A DNA stretch of 48,365 nt from a virus (taxonomy: Duplodnaviria; Caudoviricetes). The notes beneath the pieces were generated by a model. That model was not told where the DNA came from and made no database searches. It worked only from the letters and a program-made list of their open reading frames with translations. Below are positions 9,263-20,500 of the stretch, one piece after another. How positions within the stretch are numbered: position 1 is the stretch's first letter; each line of letters begins with the position of its first letter. The stretch is from positions 1 through 48,365 of the IMG/VR virus record IMGVR_UViG_3300020045_006172. The stretch is one strand, 5' to 3'. Position numbers and translations under genes: made by a program.

Positions 9263-11709
9263 TGGCAAACAGATACAGTCAGTATGTACAAGGAGTTAAT
9301 TATTCTCCAGAATCTTTTAGAGATTTAAGTGTAGTACCTATTGCTTTAAGACAAAGACACGATGCTGCTTTAGCTGCTCAGGATGATATGTTATTACAAT
9401 TAGATAACATTCAAGTTAGAGATGAGGATAAAGATTATTTAAATCAAAAGAGAGAAGAAATAACAGGTAAAGTAAATGAACTTACTAATAAAATAAATAC
9501 AATTGGTGCTGGAGATAGTAATTTATTAGGAGAGTTTAGAAATATGAAACGTTCTTATAATAAAGAAGTAAGTTTAGCAGGAGGATTAGGACAAGCAAAT
9601 AATATTAAAAAAACTGTAGATGCTGCAAGAGCTAACTATTTAGACTTTGGAGTTAAACAAGGTTGGTCTCCAGAAACAGCTCAAAAAAACTTTGATGTAG
9701 AGTATTCTAAATATAATCAAAGTAATTCTAGTTCTATGCTAGGACAAGATGGATTTAGATTTGGAGAATTTAATCCTACATTTGCACCTAAACAAGTTAA
9801 TCCTGTAGATAAGTTAAAAGAAATACAACCTCTTATTGGAGAGATATCTAAAGAAGAAGCTTTTCAAAATTATAAACCTGTTCAAGATCCAAATACAGGA
9901 CTAATTACTTATCAATCATTTGGTGGAAGTAAGTTAAGTAGAAGTAATTTAGAAAGATTAGCATCAGTAGAAAAATTTTTGAATAAAGAATTAATGAATC
10001 CTGATTCTGAACTAAGACAATCATTAAGATATTCAAGACCTGGAGTTAAGGAAGAAGATGTGGTTAAACAATTTTTAGGAGAATCTGACTTACTTATAGA
10101 TGCTATGGGAGTTCAAGCTGATAAAGTTATGACTCAATTACAAGCACCTGAGTTAACTAAACCTACAGCATCATCAGGTCCTAAATCAAGTTCAGATGAT
10201 CCTGCAAGTCTTGTAAGTACTCCTACTGGAGCAGAAGTATTTGAAGGTAAAAGTTTTACTGATATAATAAATGGTGCTTCTATTAAGAGATATGAAGCTT
10301 TAGAAAAACAAGGATCTTTAAGTGAAGAAGATGCTACTAAAAAAATGCAAGCAATTCTTCAACAAAATAGATTACAAGATGCTTTAAAAAATCCTAGTAC
10401 TATTAATTCTGTAAATAATTATTTAAAACAAAACGGATCTCAAAAATGGGATATAAATAAATATAAATCTGAAGTTACAGATAGACAAAATAAATTGTCT
10501 CAATTAGTTAATACTCCTGAATATAAAAGAGCATTTGGTAATGTACCTATTAAAGATGTAGGAGGGGATGCATTGAATACTATATATGATGACGTATATA
10601 AAACTAAACATAAATGGGGAGATCCTTCTGTTCTAGATGAAATATCTACTTTAAAAAGTGACTTAGATAGTGCTTATAATTCTTCTATTCCGTTAGATGA
10701 TTTAAAATATTCTAAAATGTATACATTTGGTGCAGGAGAAGCAGCTAATAAAGCAAAAACTGAATTCAATAAATCTGCTACTAATTATGGAACTAATTGG
10801 ATTACTCAAATAGAAAATGCAGGAGGTAAATTTACATTACCTGGAGATACTAAATTAAATGGAAATAATGATGAGGATGCTTTGAAAGAATTAAAAGAAG
10901 CAGTTGCATCAGGACAATCTAATTTTGAATTTGGTTCTTTAATTGATATGGGAGTTACAGGTTCTTCTCAACTAGTTCTAAATTATACAGTAGGTACAGG
11001 AGAAAAAGCTAAACCAGGATTGATATCTATTGATTTTGATAGTAAATCTCCAGATAGTTCTGTAATAGACAACTGGTTAATACAAATGCAAAAAACATTA
11101 GATACTCCAGGTCAAGCAGTTATTCAATCTATATTAGATAATAAACAATTAAAAGGAATATCTGTAGATAATCAAACTTTTGCTAAAGAAGGATTTTCAA
11201 GAGGACAAAGTGAGACTATTAAAAAATTAAGTAATACTGTAAATGCAGGATATATTAATTCTAAAGAATATAAAAATGTAAACTATAATAATTTTCCTGG
11301 CAGAGAATATAATATGGTTTTAAATAATGATGGTTTCTATACTCTTTATATGAGAGATGGTAAAAATAAAGAAGCCAGTCCTTTAGGTGTAGGTGCTTGG
11401 TTAAATAAAGAATTTACTAAAAATTATTTAAATAAAAGAACTAATACAGCTAATCCTTTAAATGCTAGTATATCATCAGATAAAAAATCATTTGTTTCTT
11501 CTATGAAAGATTTATCTTATTTAGCAGATAATAGTTTATTACAAGTTGCAGGTAATTCTCAAAGCTTTCAAAAAGCTAAACAAGAATATATTTCAGAAGT
11601 AGATAAAAATCAAAATAATTTAGAATTACAATATCAATTAGCAATTGAATATTATAATAGTATAAAAAATATGACTATTTCTCATAAAAATAAAAAACGA
11701 AATCTATAA
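9262..11709 (+). CDS. virion cargo/ejection protein
   Basis: 815-aa ORF starting MANRY, no Cys seen, TAATG-coupled on both sides, lying between the first cargo gene and the giant vRNAP-associated genes. Confidence 0.6.
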   Translation: MANRYSQYVQGVNYSPESFRDLSVVPIALRQRHDAALAAQDDMLLQLDNIQVRDEDKDYLNQKREEITGKVNELTNKINTIGAGDSNLLGEFRNMKRSYNKEVSLAGGLGQANNIKKTVDAARANYLDFGVKQGWSPETAQKNFDVEYSKYNQSNSSSMLGQDGFRFGEFNPTFAPKQVNPVDKLKEIQPLIGEISKEEAFQNYKPVQDPNTGLITYQSFGGSKLSRSNLERLASVEKFLNKELMNPDSELRQSLRYSRPGVKEEDVVKQFLGESDLLIDAMGVQADKVMTQLQAPELTKPTASSGPKSSSDDPASLVSTPTGAEVFEGKSFTDIINGASIKRYEALEKQGSLSEEDATKKMQAILQQNRLQDALKNPSTINSVNNYLKQNGSQKWDINKYKSEVTDRQNKLSQLVNTPEYKRAFGNVPIKDVGGDALNTIYDDVYKTKHKWGDPSVLDEISTLKSDLDSAYNSSIPLDDLKYSKMYTFGAGEAANKAKTEFNKSATNYGTNWITQIENAGGKFTLPGDTKLNGNNDEDALKELKEAVASGQSNFEFGSLIDMGVTGSSQLVLNYTVGTGEKAKPGLISIDFDSKSPDSSVIDNWLIQMQKTLDTPGQAVIQSILDNKQLKGISVDNQTFAKEGFSRGQSETIKKLSNTVNAGYINSKEYKNVNYNNFPGREYNMVLNNDGFYTLYMRDGKNKEASPLGVGAWLNKEFTKNYLNKRTNTANPLNASISSDKKSFVSSMKDLSYLADNSLLQVAGNSQSFQKAKQEYISEVDKNQNNLELQYQLAIEYYNSIKNMTISHKNKKRNL

Positions 11710-14700
11710 TGCCAACATACGACGAATTAAAAAATTTAAATGATCAAAACTTTTCAGATACGCCTGTAGCATCCGCCCAGGCTTTATCTGCTAATAGACA
11801 ATATGATAGTTTAAAAAATCAATCAGATAATATAAACTTTAATAATAATTTATCAAAAGGAGTAGATCCTAGAGATTATGGTAAAAGTTCATTATTTCAA
11901 AATATATCTGGAGATGCTGTTTATGAAAATCAAAATAAATCTATTGCTTCTCCGTTTGCTAGTGATTATTTTAATACTAAAATATGGGGAGTAGATATAG
12001 GTGCTGTAACAGATAGACAAAAAAACATATACGGAGGAGTTAATCCTTATTCTAAAGCTGTAGATTTTGAAGATTTAAGAAGAAATGAACAAAGTAATTT
12101 TACAGCAGGTTTAAATACATTTAATCAATTCGTTGGTAAAACTGCTGTAAATACAGTAGGTGGAATTATAGGTGGTTTCTATTCATTAGGAAGTGCTGTA
12201 GCTAATTTAGATGCAACTAAACTTTATGATAATGATGTAAATAGAACTATTGATAAAGGAACAGAATGGGTTGAAAATAATAATACAGCTTTTACTTCAC
12301 AAAGGGCAAGAGACAATGCACCTCTTGGTTTCTTTTCTTTTGAAACAGTTAAAGATTTTTCAGATGCTTATAGTTTTATTGCAGGAGCAGTTGCATCTGA
12401 ATTAACTGTGGATGCATTATCTGGAGGTTTAGGATTAGCAAGTACTCCTGGAAGAATTGCAAAAGGTGCAAGTTTACTAGCTAAAACAGAAAATAGAATT
12501 ACTAAATCAGTAGGTCTTGGAAATAGTGTTAGAAAAGCTGGTAATTTTATATCAAGATCAGAAGAAGTAGGAAGATTAATATCTAGTTTAGATCCTAATG
12601 ATATTAGTAAATTACAACAAATTGCAAGACAAGTAGGAAGTACTGTAGAAGATTTACAATTATATAGGAAAAGTTTAGATAATTTTAATTCTACCATTAA
12701 ATCTGGTAGACAAATAGTTACTGGTACTTTTTGGGAAGCAGGATTAGAAGCAAGACATACTAAAGATGAATTAGTTAATTCTCAACTTACTAAATTAAAT
12801 GATTTTTTAAATCAAAATACAATTATGACTTCTGAAGAAAAAGAAGCTTATAGAGCTTCTGAAACAGAAAGAATAGATAATATTGGTAAAACAGCAGGTT
12901 TATGGACATTTGGCTTGAATACAGCAGTATTAGGTGCAAGTAATTATATTCAATTTCCTACTATATTTGGTAGAACTGAAGTGAGTAATGCAAATAGACT
13001 TTCTGGACAACTTACAAGACATGGTATAGGAGATTATATTAAAAATGGTGGAAAGGTTACTGATATAGTAAAAACTGTTGGTAGAGCTTTAAAATCACCT
13101 GCAACTGAATTTACTGAAGAAACATTACAAGGTGCAATTAATATTGGAAGTAAAAGTTATTATGAATCTATGCTCGGTACAAGGACTTCTAATGGAGAAA
13201 TATTACCAGCAGTATCTAATTTAAGTGATTCAGTTTTAAAAGGATTAAAAGATACTTATGGAACTAAAGAAGGTATTCATGAAGGTGTTATTGGTGCTTT
13301 AGTAGGAGCTATAGGATTACCTATGCTTAGAAAAAATAAAGCAGGTAAACTAAGACCTTATATGACAGGAGGTATATTTGAATCTATTGAAGATTTAAAA
13401 GAAGAAAACACTAATATTAACTCTGCAATTACGGATTTAAATTTAGATGAATTTGATACTCTTATCAATTATAATAAAGATAATGCTATTATATCTTCTA
13501 TAGAAGCTAAAAAATCAGATGTAGCAAATTTTAATGATGATAAATTTGAAATAGCAAGATTAAATGATAATAAGATATATCGTCACGTTAAAGATAGATT
13601 AGATAAAGGTCTTGAAAGTTATATGCAAGAAGATGTAAATGAATTAAAAAATTTATCTCTTGAAGAATATAAAACACGATTTCAAAAATCAAATAACTTT
13701 ACTAAAGAACAAAAAGATAAAGAAGTAAATGATTTTTCTACTAAAGTAGATATATATTCAGACGCTTATAAAAAAGTATATGAAGGTTTAGAAATGGATA
13801 GAATTAATAATTCATCTGTTAGTAAAAAACTATTTGATACTTTAACTTATGCAGTTGCTAATGAAAAAATATATAATCAAAGACAAAAAGAATTAACAGA
13901 TAAAATATTAAATAATCCTGCAATTGATTTAAATTATCAGGAATTAATGCAATTAGCTAAATTATCCGATAAGTTTAAGAACCATGAAAAAGATATATCT
14001 GATTATATTAAATCTAGAGAAAATGAGAAAGTAAATAAATTTAATTCTAAAAAAGATAAAATAGATGCTAATATAAATAAAATTAGAAGTAAAGTTTCTC
14101 CTGAGAATCAATCTTTATTGGATGAAGTATTAAATAATAATGAAGATACTATAGGTTACTTAACTAGTTTAATTAAATTACAAAAAGAATTAACTGCAAA
14201 ACCTTATCAAGACTTAATAGCAGATTCAGAAGAAATATTTAAATCAACAGATGATCTCAATACTCTTATTGAGGAAGCTAAATTATTAGAATCTAAAAGA
14301 GAGAAGGAAACTAAATTTCATGCTGATAAATCTCCCACTGTTAGAAATAAAAATAAAAGTACTCAAGGAATACTAGAATCTGTTAAAAATGATATTAAAA
14401 TTAATTCTAGTAAATCATTAAATATATTAAGAGGTAAATCTGATACTGCTACTCAAAAAGATATAGAAGATTATATAGATTTGAAAAATAGAGCAAATAA
14501 TGCTATTAGAGAATCTAAAAATAATCAAGGTAGTTTTCTAGATATGTTAGATACAGCTACAGAAGATTTACAAGATATGTTTAATGAACTAACTAATATA
14601 ACTAAACATCAGGTAACAGCTTTAGAAATAGCTAATAATTTATATGGTTTTGGAACTAATGCTTATAATAAAATAGTTAATGCTGAATTTGCAGAAAACT

Positions 14701-17531
14701 TAAATAATTTAGCTAACGATAGTCATGCTGCTTTAGGAGAATTATTAAGACAAGATGATCCTGATTATATGGCTGAACTAACAGCTAATTTAGAAACAAG
14801 CATTAATAATATTAAAGAATCTTTATTAGAGTATGATAATATATTAACTGACGAAGCTAAGGAAGAAATTAATAATGAAATAGAAAAAGCAGAAGATATT
14901 AAAAATGCTTTAAATAAATATTTTGAAACTGAAGATACTAAAGAAGATGTTGCTAATGACACTTTAGCTAAAGATGTTAAAAATAGTGAAAATAAAGTTA
15001 TATCTAATATAGATGATAGTATTAAAGAGCAAGAATCAGAAGAAAAACTAATCAATGATAATATTGAAGGTAAAATACAAAATGCAGAATTTGATAATGA
15101 AAAAGTTATTTTTCTTAGTGCTAAAAATTTACATACTATATCACCTGTTAATAGTTCTAATGCAAATAATATTAAAGAGAAAATAGATAATGGAACTATT
15201 AAATATAATTCAGGAGCTATATCTTCTTATTTAGAATCTAATGAAGAAACTGAAGGATTTAATAAATATATAAGTAATCTAAATTTAAAAGATAGTTATA
15301 ATAAAGGAAAAGAAAAAGTAATAAACAATCCTCTTGTGCTTAAAGAAGATCTTGAATCTATAGATGAAGATGTTAAAATATTTATTATCCATGCTCCTGT
15401 AAATGTAGATATTTATAACAAAGAAGTAGAATTGTTTGAAGATGATCAGGAATTTAGTGCAGATGATGATACAGATATAGCTCATAGTTTTTTATATTAT
15501 GCTCCTAATTTAGATACTAATAATAATTCTTTAGATCAATATAATCAAAAGAAAGCTGAAGCTGAATTTAATCATAGTGAAAAAATAAAAGAAATTACTG
15601 GATTATTAAATGAAAAATTATTATCTACAGAAGAATTTAATAAAGAGAAATTTATATTTGATAGACAATTAGAAAGAGAACTTAATCAATTAGAATCTTC
15701 TGCTATCATAAATACTAATAATATTAATGATAAAGTCTTATTTTCTTTTAGACAAGCACTTTTATTTAATAATTATAATAATGGCTCTAATGAGCTTAAA
15801 ATGCGTGTAGGTAATATTATTAATGGTTATTTAGAAAAAGCAGGAGATACAAGTTTTGAAGTTGAAGAATATGCTTTAGTTAATGATTCTGAAAATAATA
15901 ATCTAATTGAAGATATAAATAATATTCAACCTAATGATATTATGTTTGGTAATCAATCTGGAGAATATGTAGATTTTAATGGTAATAAAGTTAAATTAAA
16001 TAGAGGTAGTCAAGTAAATAAAATTAATGCAAAAACAGCTAGATTATATTTAAAATATAAAACTATTAATAATCAGGAAATACCTGTAATGCTTAACAGA
16101 AGTAAGTTAATAAATGCTCCTATTGTTTATGACGAAATTATACATCAGATTCAAGAATACTTAAAAGTTAAAAAACCTAATGAAATAATTCAACTTAAAA
16201 ATGAAAGTTTAAATTTTGTAAAAGGGAAAAATTATACGGATTTCTTCAAAGCTTTTTTGGATGAGAGTAATTCCTCTACAAGTGATTTAGAAATAGATAC
16301 TTTTAATATTAATAATAAAAATAATAATATTTATTTTGGTAAGTTAAATTTACCTATTGATTCTATAGAAACTTTTGAAGCTAATAAAAATAAAATAATA
16401 GATGTATTAAGTAACATGCGTTATTATATGAATAGTGCAAGTTTTAGAAAATCTGATGGTAGTTTTAATAGAGAATTTTTAGAATTTGCAATTAATAATA
16501 AATTAATTAATCATAGTTTTAATTCTAAATTAAACAATGATAGAATATTTTTAGCTAATGATTCTAAAGGACAACCTTTTAATAAATCCATACAATTACA
16601 TATTCTTAATTCAGAACCTAGAAAAATAAATTTTGAAGCTATAGCAAAACAAATGGATAATGAAATAAATAGTTTAGATCAATTAGCTAATAATTTAGTT
16701 AATCAATTTAATCCTGTTGTTAAACCTATTCCTAATACTTCAGAACCTATATTGAATAATGCTTTTGAGAATACAATAATAGAAAAACCTTCTACTAATC
16801 CAGAAACAATTCAAGGTTCTATGGCAGATAGTTTATTTAATGCTTTAAATCCAGGAGAATTTAATGAACCAATACTTAATAATGCTTTTGAAGATAATGA
16901 ATATGATCCTAGTTTAGAATCTCCTTTTATATTAGATACAACCGTCATGTATGATACTGCTGAAATTATAAACAAAAAGACAGATTTTAATTTAGATAAT
17001 ATAAAAGAAGAAGAAGTAAAAATTGGACAAACTATTACTGCAACAGCACCTTTCAATAAAGGAACTATTTCAGGTATAATTACTACATTAACTGTAAATC
17101 CTATTAAAAAAGATTTATATTCTATTACATTAAATAATGGAGAAAAAGTAGGATGGAATAAAACAAAAAATAATTTTGTCTGGATTAAATCTGATAATTC
17201 TACTCAAGATATATTAAACAGTGTATTTGAAAATACAGAAACTAATAATAATACTGATAATTTAACTAATGATAATGAAGAAAGTATTAAGATTAATAAA
17301 TCTATCTTAAAAAATAGAATAAATAGATTAAGTAATAAATTAGATTCTAATAGTATTTCTAAAGATAAGATTAAACAAAGTTTTGCTGAATATAATGCTG
17401 ATAATTATAATAAGTTTATACAGATGCTTAATATTCTTTATAGTGATAATTCTCAAGACTTAAAAAAATTCATTACTTTTGCAAATAAAGTTTACAATAT
17501 GGACGAAAATAATAATATATTTAATTGCTAA
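11709..17531 (+). CDS. giant virion/ejection protein preceding vRNAP (phi14:2 gp65-like position)
   Basis: 1940 aa. Gly/Ala-rich hydrophobic segments in the N-terminal ~550 aa, coiled-coil-like middle, and a single Cys as the last residue. Confidence 0.65.
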   Translation: MPTYDELKNLNDQNFSDTPVASAQALSANRQYDSLKNQSDNINFNNNLSKGVDPRDYGKSSLFQNISGDAVYENQNKSIASPFASDYFNTKIWGVDIGAVTDRQKNIYGGVNPYSKAVDFEDLRRNEQSNFTAGLNTFNQFVGKTAVNTVGGIIGGFYSLGSAVANLDATKLYDNDVNRTIDKGTEWVENNNTAFTSQRARDNAPLGFFSFETVKDFSDAYSFIAGAVASELTVDALSGGLGLASTPGRIAKGASLLAKTENRITKSVGLGNSVRKAGNFISRSEEVGRLISSLDPNDISKLQQIARQVGSTVEDLQLYRKSLDNFNSTIKSGRQIVTGTFWEAGLEARHTKDELVNSQLTKLNDFLNQNTIMTSEEKEAYRASETERIDNIGKTAGLWTFGLNTAVLGASNYIQFPTIFGRTEVSNANRLSGQLTRHGIGDYIKNGGKVTDIVKTVGRALKSPATEFTEETLQGAINIGSKSYYESMLGTRTSNGEILPAVSNLSDSVLKGLKDTYGTKEGIHEGVIGALVGAIGLPMLRKNKAGKLRPYMTGGIFESIEDLKEENTNINSAITDLNLDEFDTLINYNKDNAIISSIEAKKSDVANFNDDKFEIARLNDNKIYRHVKDRLDKGLESYMQEDVNELKNLSLEEYKTRFQKSNNFTKEQKDKEVNDFSTKVDIYSDAYKKVYEGLEMDRINNSSVSKKLFDTLTYAVANEKIYNQRQKELTDKILNNPAIDLNYQELMQLAKLSDKFKNHEKDISDYIKSRENEKVNKFNSKKDKIDANINKIRSKVSPENQSLLDEVLNNNEDTIGYLTSLIKLQKELTAKPYQDLIADSEEIFKSTDDLNTLIEEAKLLESKREKETKFHADKSPTVRNKNKSTQGILESVKNDIKINSSKSLNILRGKSDTATQKDIEDYIDLKNRANNAIRESKNNQGSFLDMLDTATEDLQDMFNELTNITKHQVTALEIANNLYGFGTNAYNKIVNAEFAENLNNLANDSHAALGELLRQDDPDYMAELTANLETSINNIKESLLEYDNILTDEAKEEINNEIEKAEDIKNALNKYFETEDTKEDVANDTLAKDVKNSENKVISNIDDSIKEQESEEKLINDNIEGKIQNAEFDNEKVIFLSAKNLHTISPVNSSNANNIKEKIDNGTIKYNSGAISSYLESNEETEGFNKYISNLNLKDSYNKGKEKVINNPLVLKEDLESIDEDVKIFIIHAPVNVDIYNKEVELFEDDQEFSADDDTDIAHSFLYYAPNLDTNNNSLDQYNQKKAEAEFNHSEKIKEITGLLNEKLLSTEEFNKEKFIFDRQLERELNQLESSAIINTNNINDKVLFSFRQALLFNNYNNGSNELKMRVGNIINGYLEKAGDTSFEVEEYALVNDSENNNLIEDINNIQPNDIMFGNQSGEYVDFNGNKVKLNRGSQVNKINAKTARLYLKYKTINNQEIPVMLNRSKLINAPIVYDEIIHQIQEYLKVKKPNEIIQLKNESLNFVKGKNYTDFFKAFLDESNSSTSDLEIDTFNINNKNNNIYFGKLNLPIDSIETFEANKNKIIDVLSNMRYYMNSASFRKSDGSFNREFLEFAINNKLINHSFNSKLNNDRIFLANDSKGQPFNKSIQLHILNSEPRKINFEAIAKQMDNEINSLDQLANNLVNQFNPVVKPIPNTSEPILNNAFENTIIEKPSTNPETIQGSMADSLFNALNPGEFNEPILNNAFEDNEYDPSLESPFILDTTVMYDTAEIINKKTDFNLDNIKEEEVKIGQTITATAPFNKGTISGIITTLTVNPIKKDLYSITLNNGEKVGWNKTKNNFVWIKSDNSTQDILNSVFENTETNNNTDNLTNDNEESIKINKSILKNRINRLSNKLDSNSISKDKIKQSFAEYNADNYNKFIQMLNILYSDNSQDLKKFITFANKVYNMDENNNIFNC

Positions 17532-20500
17532 TGATAAATTGTAGTACAGCTACTGCACAAGGTAGAATAGAAACAAGAAAAGAATCCTTATTAAATAAAA
17601 AACTAATAGCAGCTTTCCCTGACAGATTAAATTCTGAAGGGGGAAGTTTGTTATATGATAAATTATTTACAGATCAATTTATTCAATTTTATGGAGATTG
17701 GTCTAATAAAGAAGAAAAATGGGTTAATTATTATAAAGATAAAGATTATTTATTTGATGAATTAGGAGAACCTAAATTATATTATTTAAATAATGAATAT
17801 TTCTTTACTAATCCTAAACAAGAAAGATATATATTAAATAAAAGATATTTATCTGAAAAAGATAAAATAGAAACAGTTAATTCTTTAAGTTTATTATATG
17901 CTTCTAAACCAGATAAAAGTATATCTAATTTTGTAAATGATACTTTAAATAAAAGAAAAGAAGTATTGTTATCTCAGTATGATTCTATAGAATCTAATAT
18001 AGAGGATAATGAAGATTTTTTATCTGAAGATCAGATACAAGATTTAGAATTTCAATTATTTAAATTAAATAATTCTATAGTTGCAATAGAAAAAGATATG
18101 CTTGAAAATAATGATATATTTAATTCTATTGTTTTAGGTATAGAAACTAAATTAGCAGATTTTAATATTAAATATATAGATGAAGCTGATAATAAAGAAG
18201 ATGAAGACCCTAATACTAATGATGAAATATCTAATTTTACTAAAGAATCTAGTGAAGTGAGAGATACTAATAATATTGATATTGAAATTAAAAGTTTACT
18301 TTCTTCTATAGAAGATTATAATATTGATATTAATAATATAGAAACTCCTAAATTATCGGATATTTTGAATTTACCAATTGCAAGACCTGCAAATGAAGTA
18401 AAGAATAAAATAATGAATACTATATCTAATATAGTAGAATTAGAAATGATAGGTAGTAATACAGTATTAGATCCTTATAATTTAATGATTGATAAATTAA
18501 CTGAAAGACAGTTAGAAAATAATGATTTAATTATTAGAGATTTTTTAAATAAATTAAATATATTATATAATTCTAAATCAGAAATAGATAAAGAAGCGTT
18601 TAAAACTAAATTTGTTACTAGTTTTTATAAAGCTCAAAATATATTTACTATTACAGAAATATCTGAAGAAAAAGATAAATTAATACTTAGACATATTGAT
18701 CCAAGTAATTCTCAAGATAAAGAAGCATTTGTATCTAATGAAATAACTAGAGGTTTATATAATAAATTTAATTATTCTAATTCTAAGCAAGATATAAATA
18801 ATAATGAAAACTATAAAGAAGCAGCAAGATTACTTAGAAATTTTAAAAGTAAAAATGATATAATTAAAGGATTAGAATTATTAAATATAAATTTTAATAC
18901 TAAAACAATTAATGATCTTTATAAAAATAGAGAAAATGTTTTAAAGGATATTACTAAATTATATCCTCTTACTTTAAAAGAACTATTTACAAGCTTGTTT
19001 GAACAAGATATTAAATATTTTAACACTGATATTAAATCAGATATTAAAACCTCTGCAAAAGGTCTTAAAATGATTCTACAAGCTTATACTAGTAGTAATT
19101 TAGCTACTCAAAAGAATATAAGTAAAGAATTAATTAATAAAGACAATTTTACACCCATTAGTATACTTTCTAATTATGAAAGTAAAAATAGAAATGATCT
19201 TGGAGATTTATCTTATTTTGTAGGATCTAAACAAAGATGGATGTTAAGTTTAGTATCTGGTATTAATAAAGAAATATTAAATTGGCAAGCTGGAAATATT
19301 AAAAGTTTACTTGCTAAAAGAAATAGAAATTTATTATTTGTAGATTATCTTCTTGATTTAGATAGTGTTAAAAAAGGATTATATGCTGAAAACTCTCCTG
19401 AAAATATACAAGAAAGAACTAAAAGAATAAGTAATATTAAATTAATTATAAATTCTGAAGTAAAAAAAGTAAATGATTCTTCTCCTATACAACATAAAGA
19501 AATAGGGGAAGCTGATTTACATATGGATATATTCTTTAAAATGTTTAATCATAAAGATGAAATCTATGAAAAAATAGATAAACAACAAGGTATTTCTCAA
19601 CAAATTAATAATTCTAATAAATCAAGAGTTATTAATAATTACTCTTTTAGTGCCGATAAAGGCGGTAGTTACTCAATAGGAGGATTACTTGAAATGAACA
19701 CTAATGTAATTGTAAATGAATCAGGAGATTTAGTTTCTTTAGGTTTAGATAATGAAAATATTATTAAAAATTATCTATTAGGAGAATTTAATAATATGTT
19801 AGAACATTCTAAATTAATAGAAGGTTATTTAAATAAAAAAACTAGAAAATCTAAACAAGAATACTTAATGCAATATTTAATTCCAGATTATCATTATGTA
19901 AGTAAATTAAATACTGGAACTGAAACTATCACTTTTAATGCTGAAGATGAGAATCAAGTATTAGATTATAATTTAATTAATGCAGGAACTTGGAATAAAT
20001 TTAGTTTTTTTAATTCAGTATATAATAATCATAAAGATGAATTTGATGTATTATTTACAAATAATCAAGGAGTTAAATTAGCAGATAGTAAAATGCGTTC
20101 TCATATTACTAATACCCTATATCAATTAGCTATTAATGATATTATAGATATTGCAAAAGATAATAAAGATTATCTGGATAAAATTATTATTGAAAGTAAT
20201 ATACAAAATAATACTAAATTATTTCAAAAAGAAACAAATATAATAGGTAGTAAGACTGATGAAATGCAGTATAGTTATATTATAAATTCTATATTTAATA
20301 ATTTAGAAATGTTTAGTTTATTTAATGGAGAATTATCTTTTTATAAACAAAAAGGAAATACTATTTCTATGGAAGATGCACTTAAACGTGGACCTGCTAT
20401 ATTAACAGATGGTTTATACATAAGACAATCTAATAAACAAGATATTCAAGAATATATTACTTATAATAATAAAAAAGAATCTATTGATAAAAATAAAGAA

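Noticed and set aside
17525-17530. TTG start for the vRNAP as given in the ORF track
   Set aside because: ATG at 17531 overlaps the upstream TAA in the same TAATG pattern used throughout the module.
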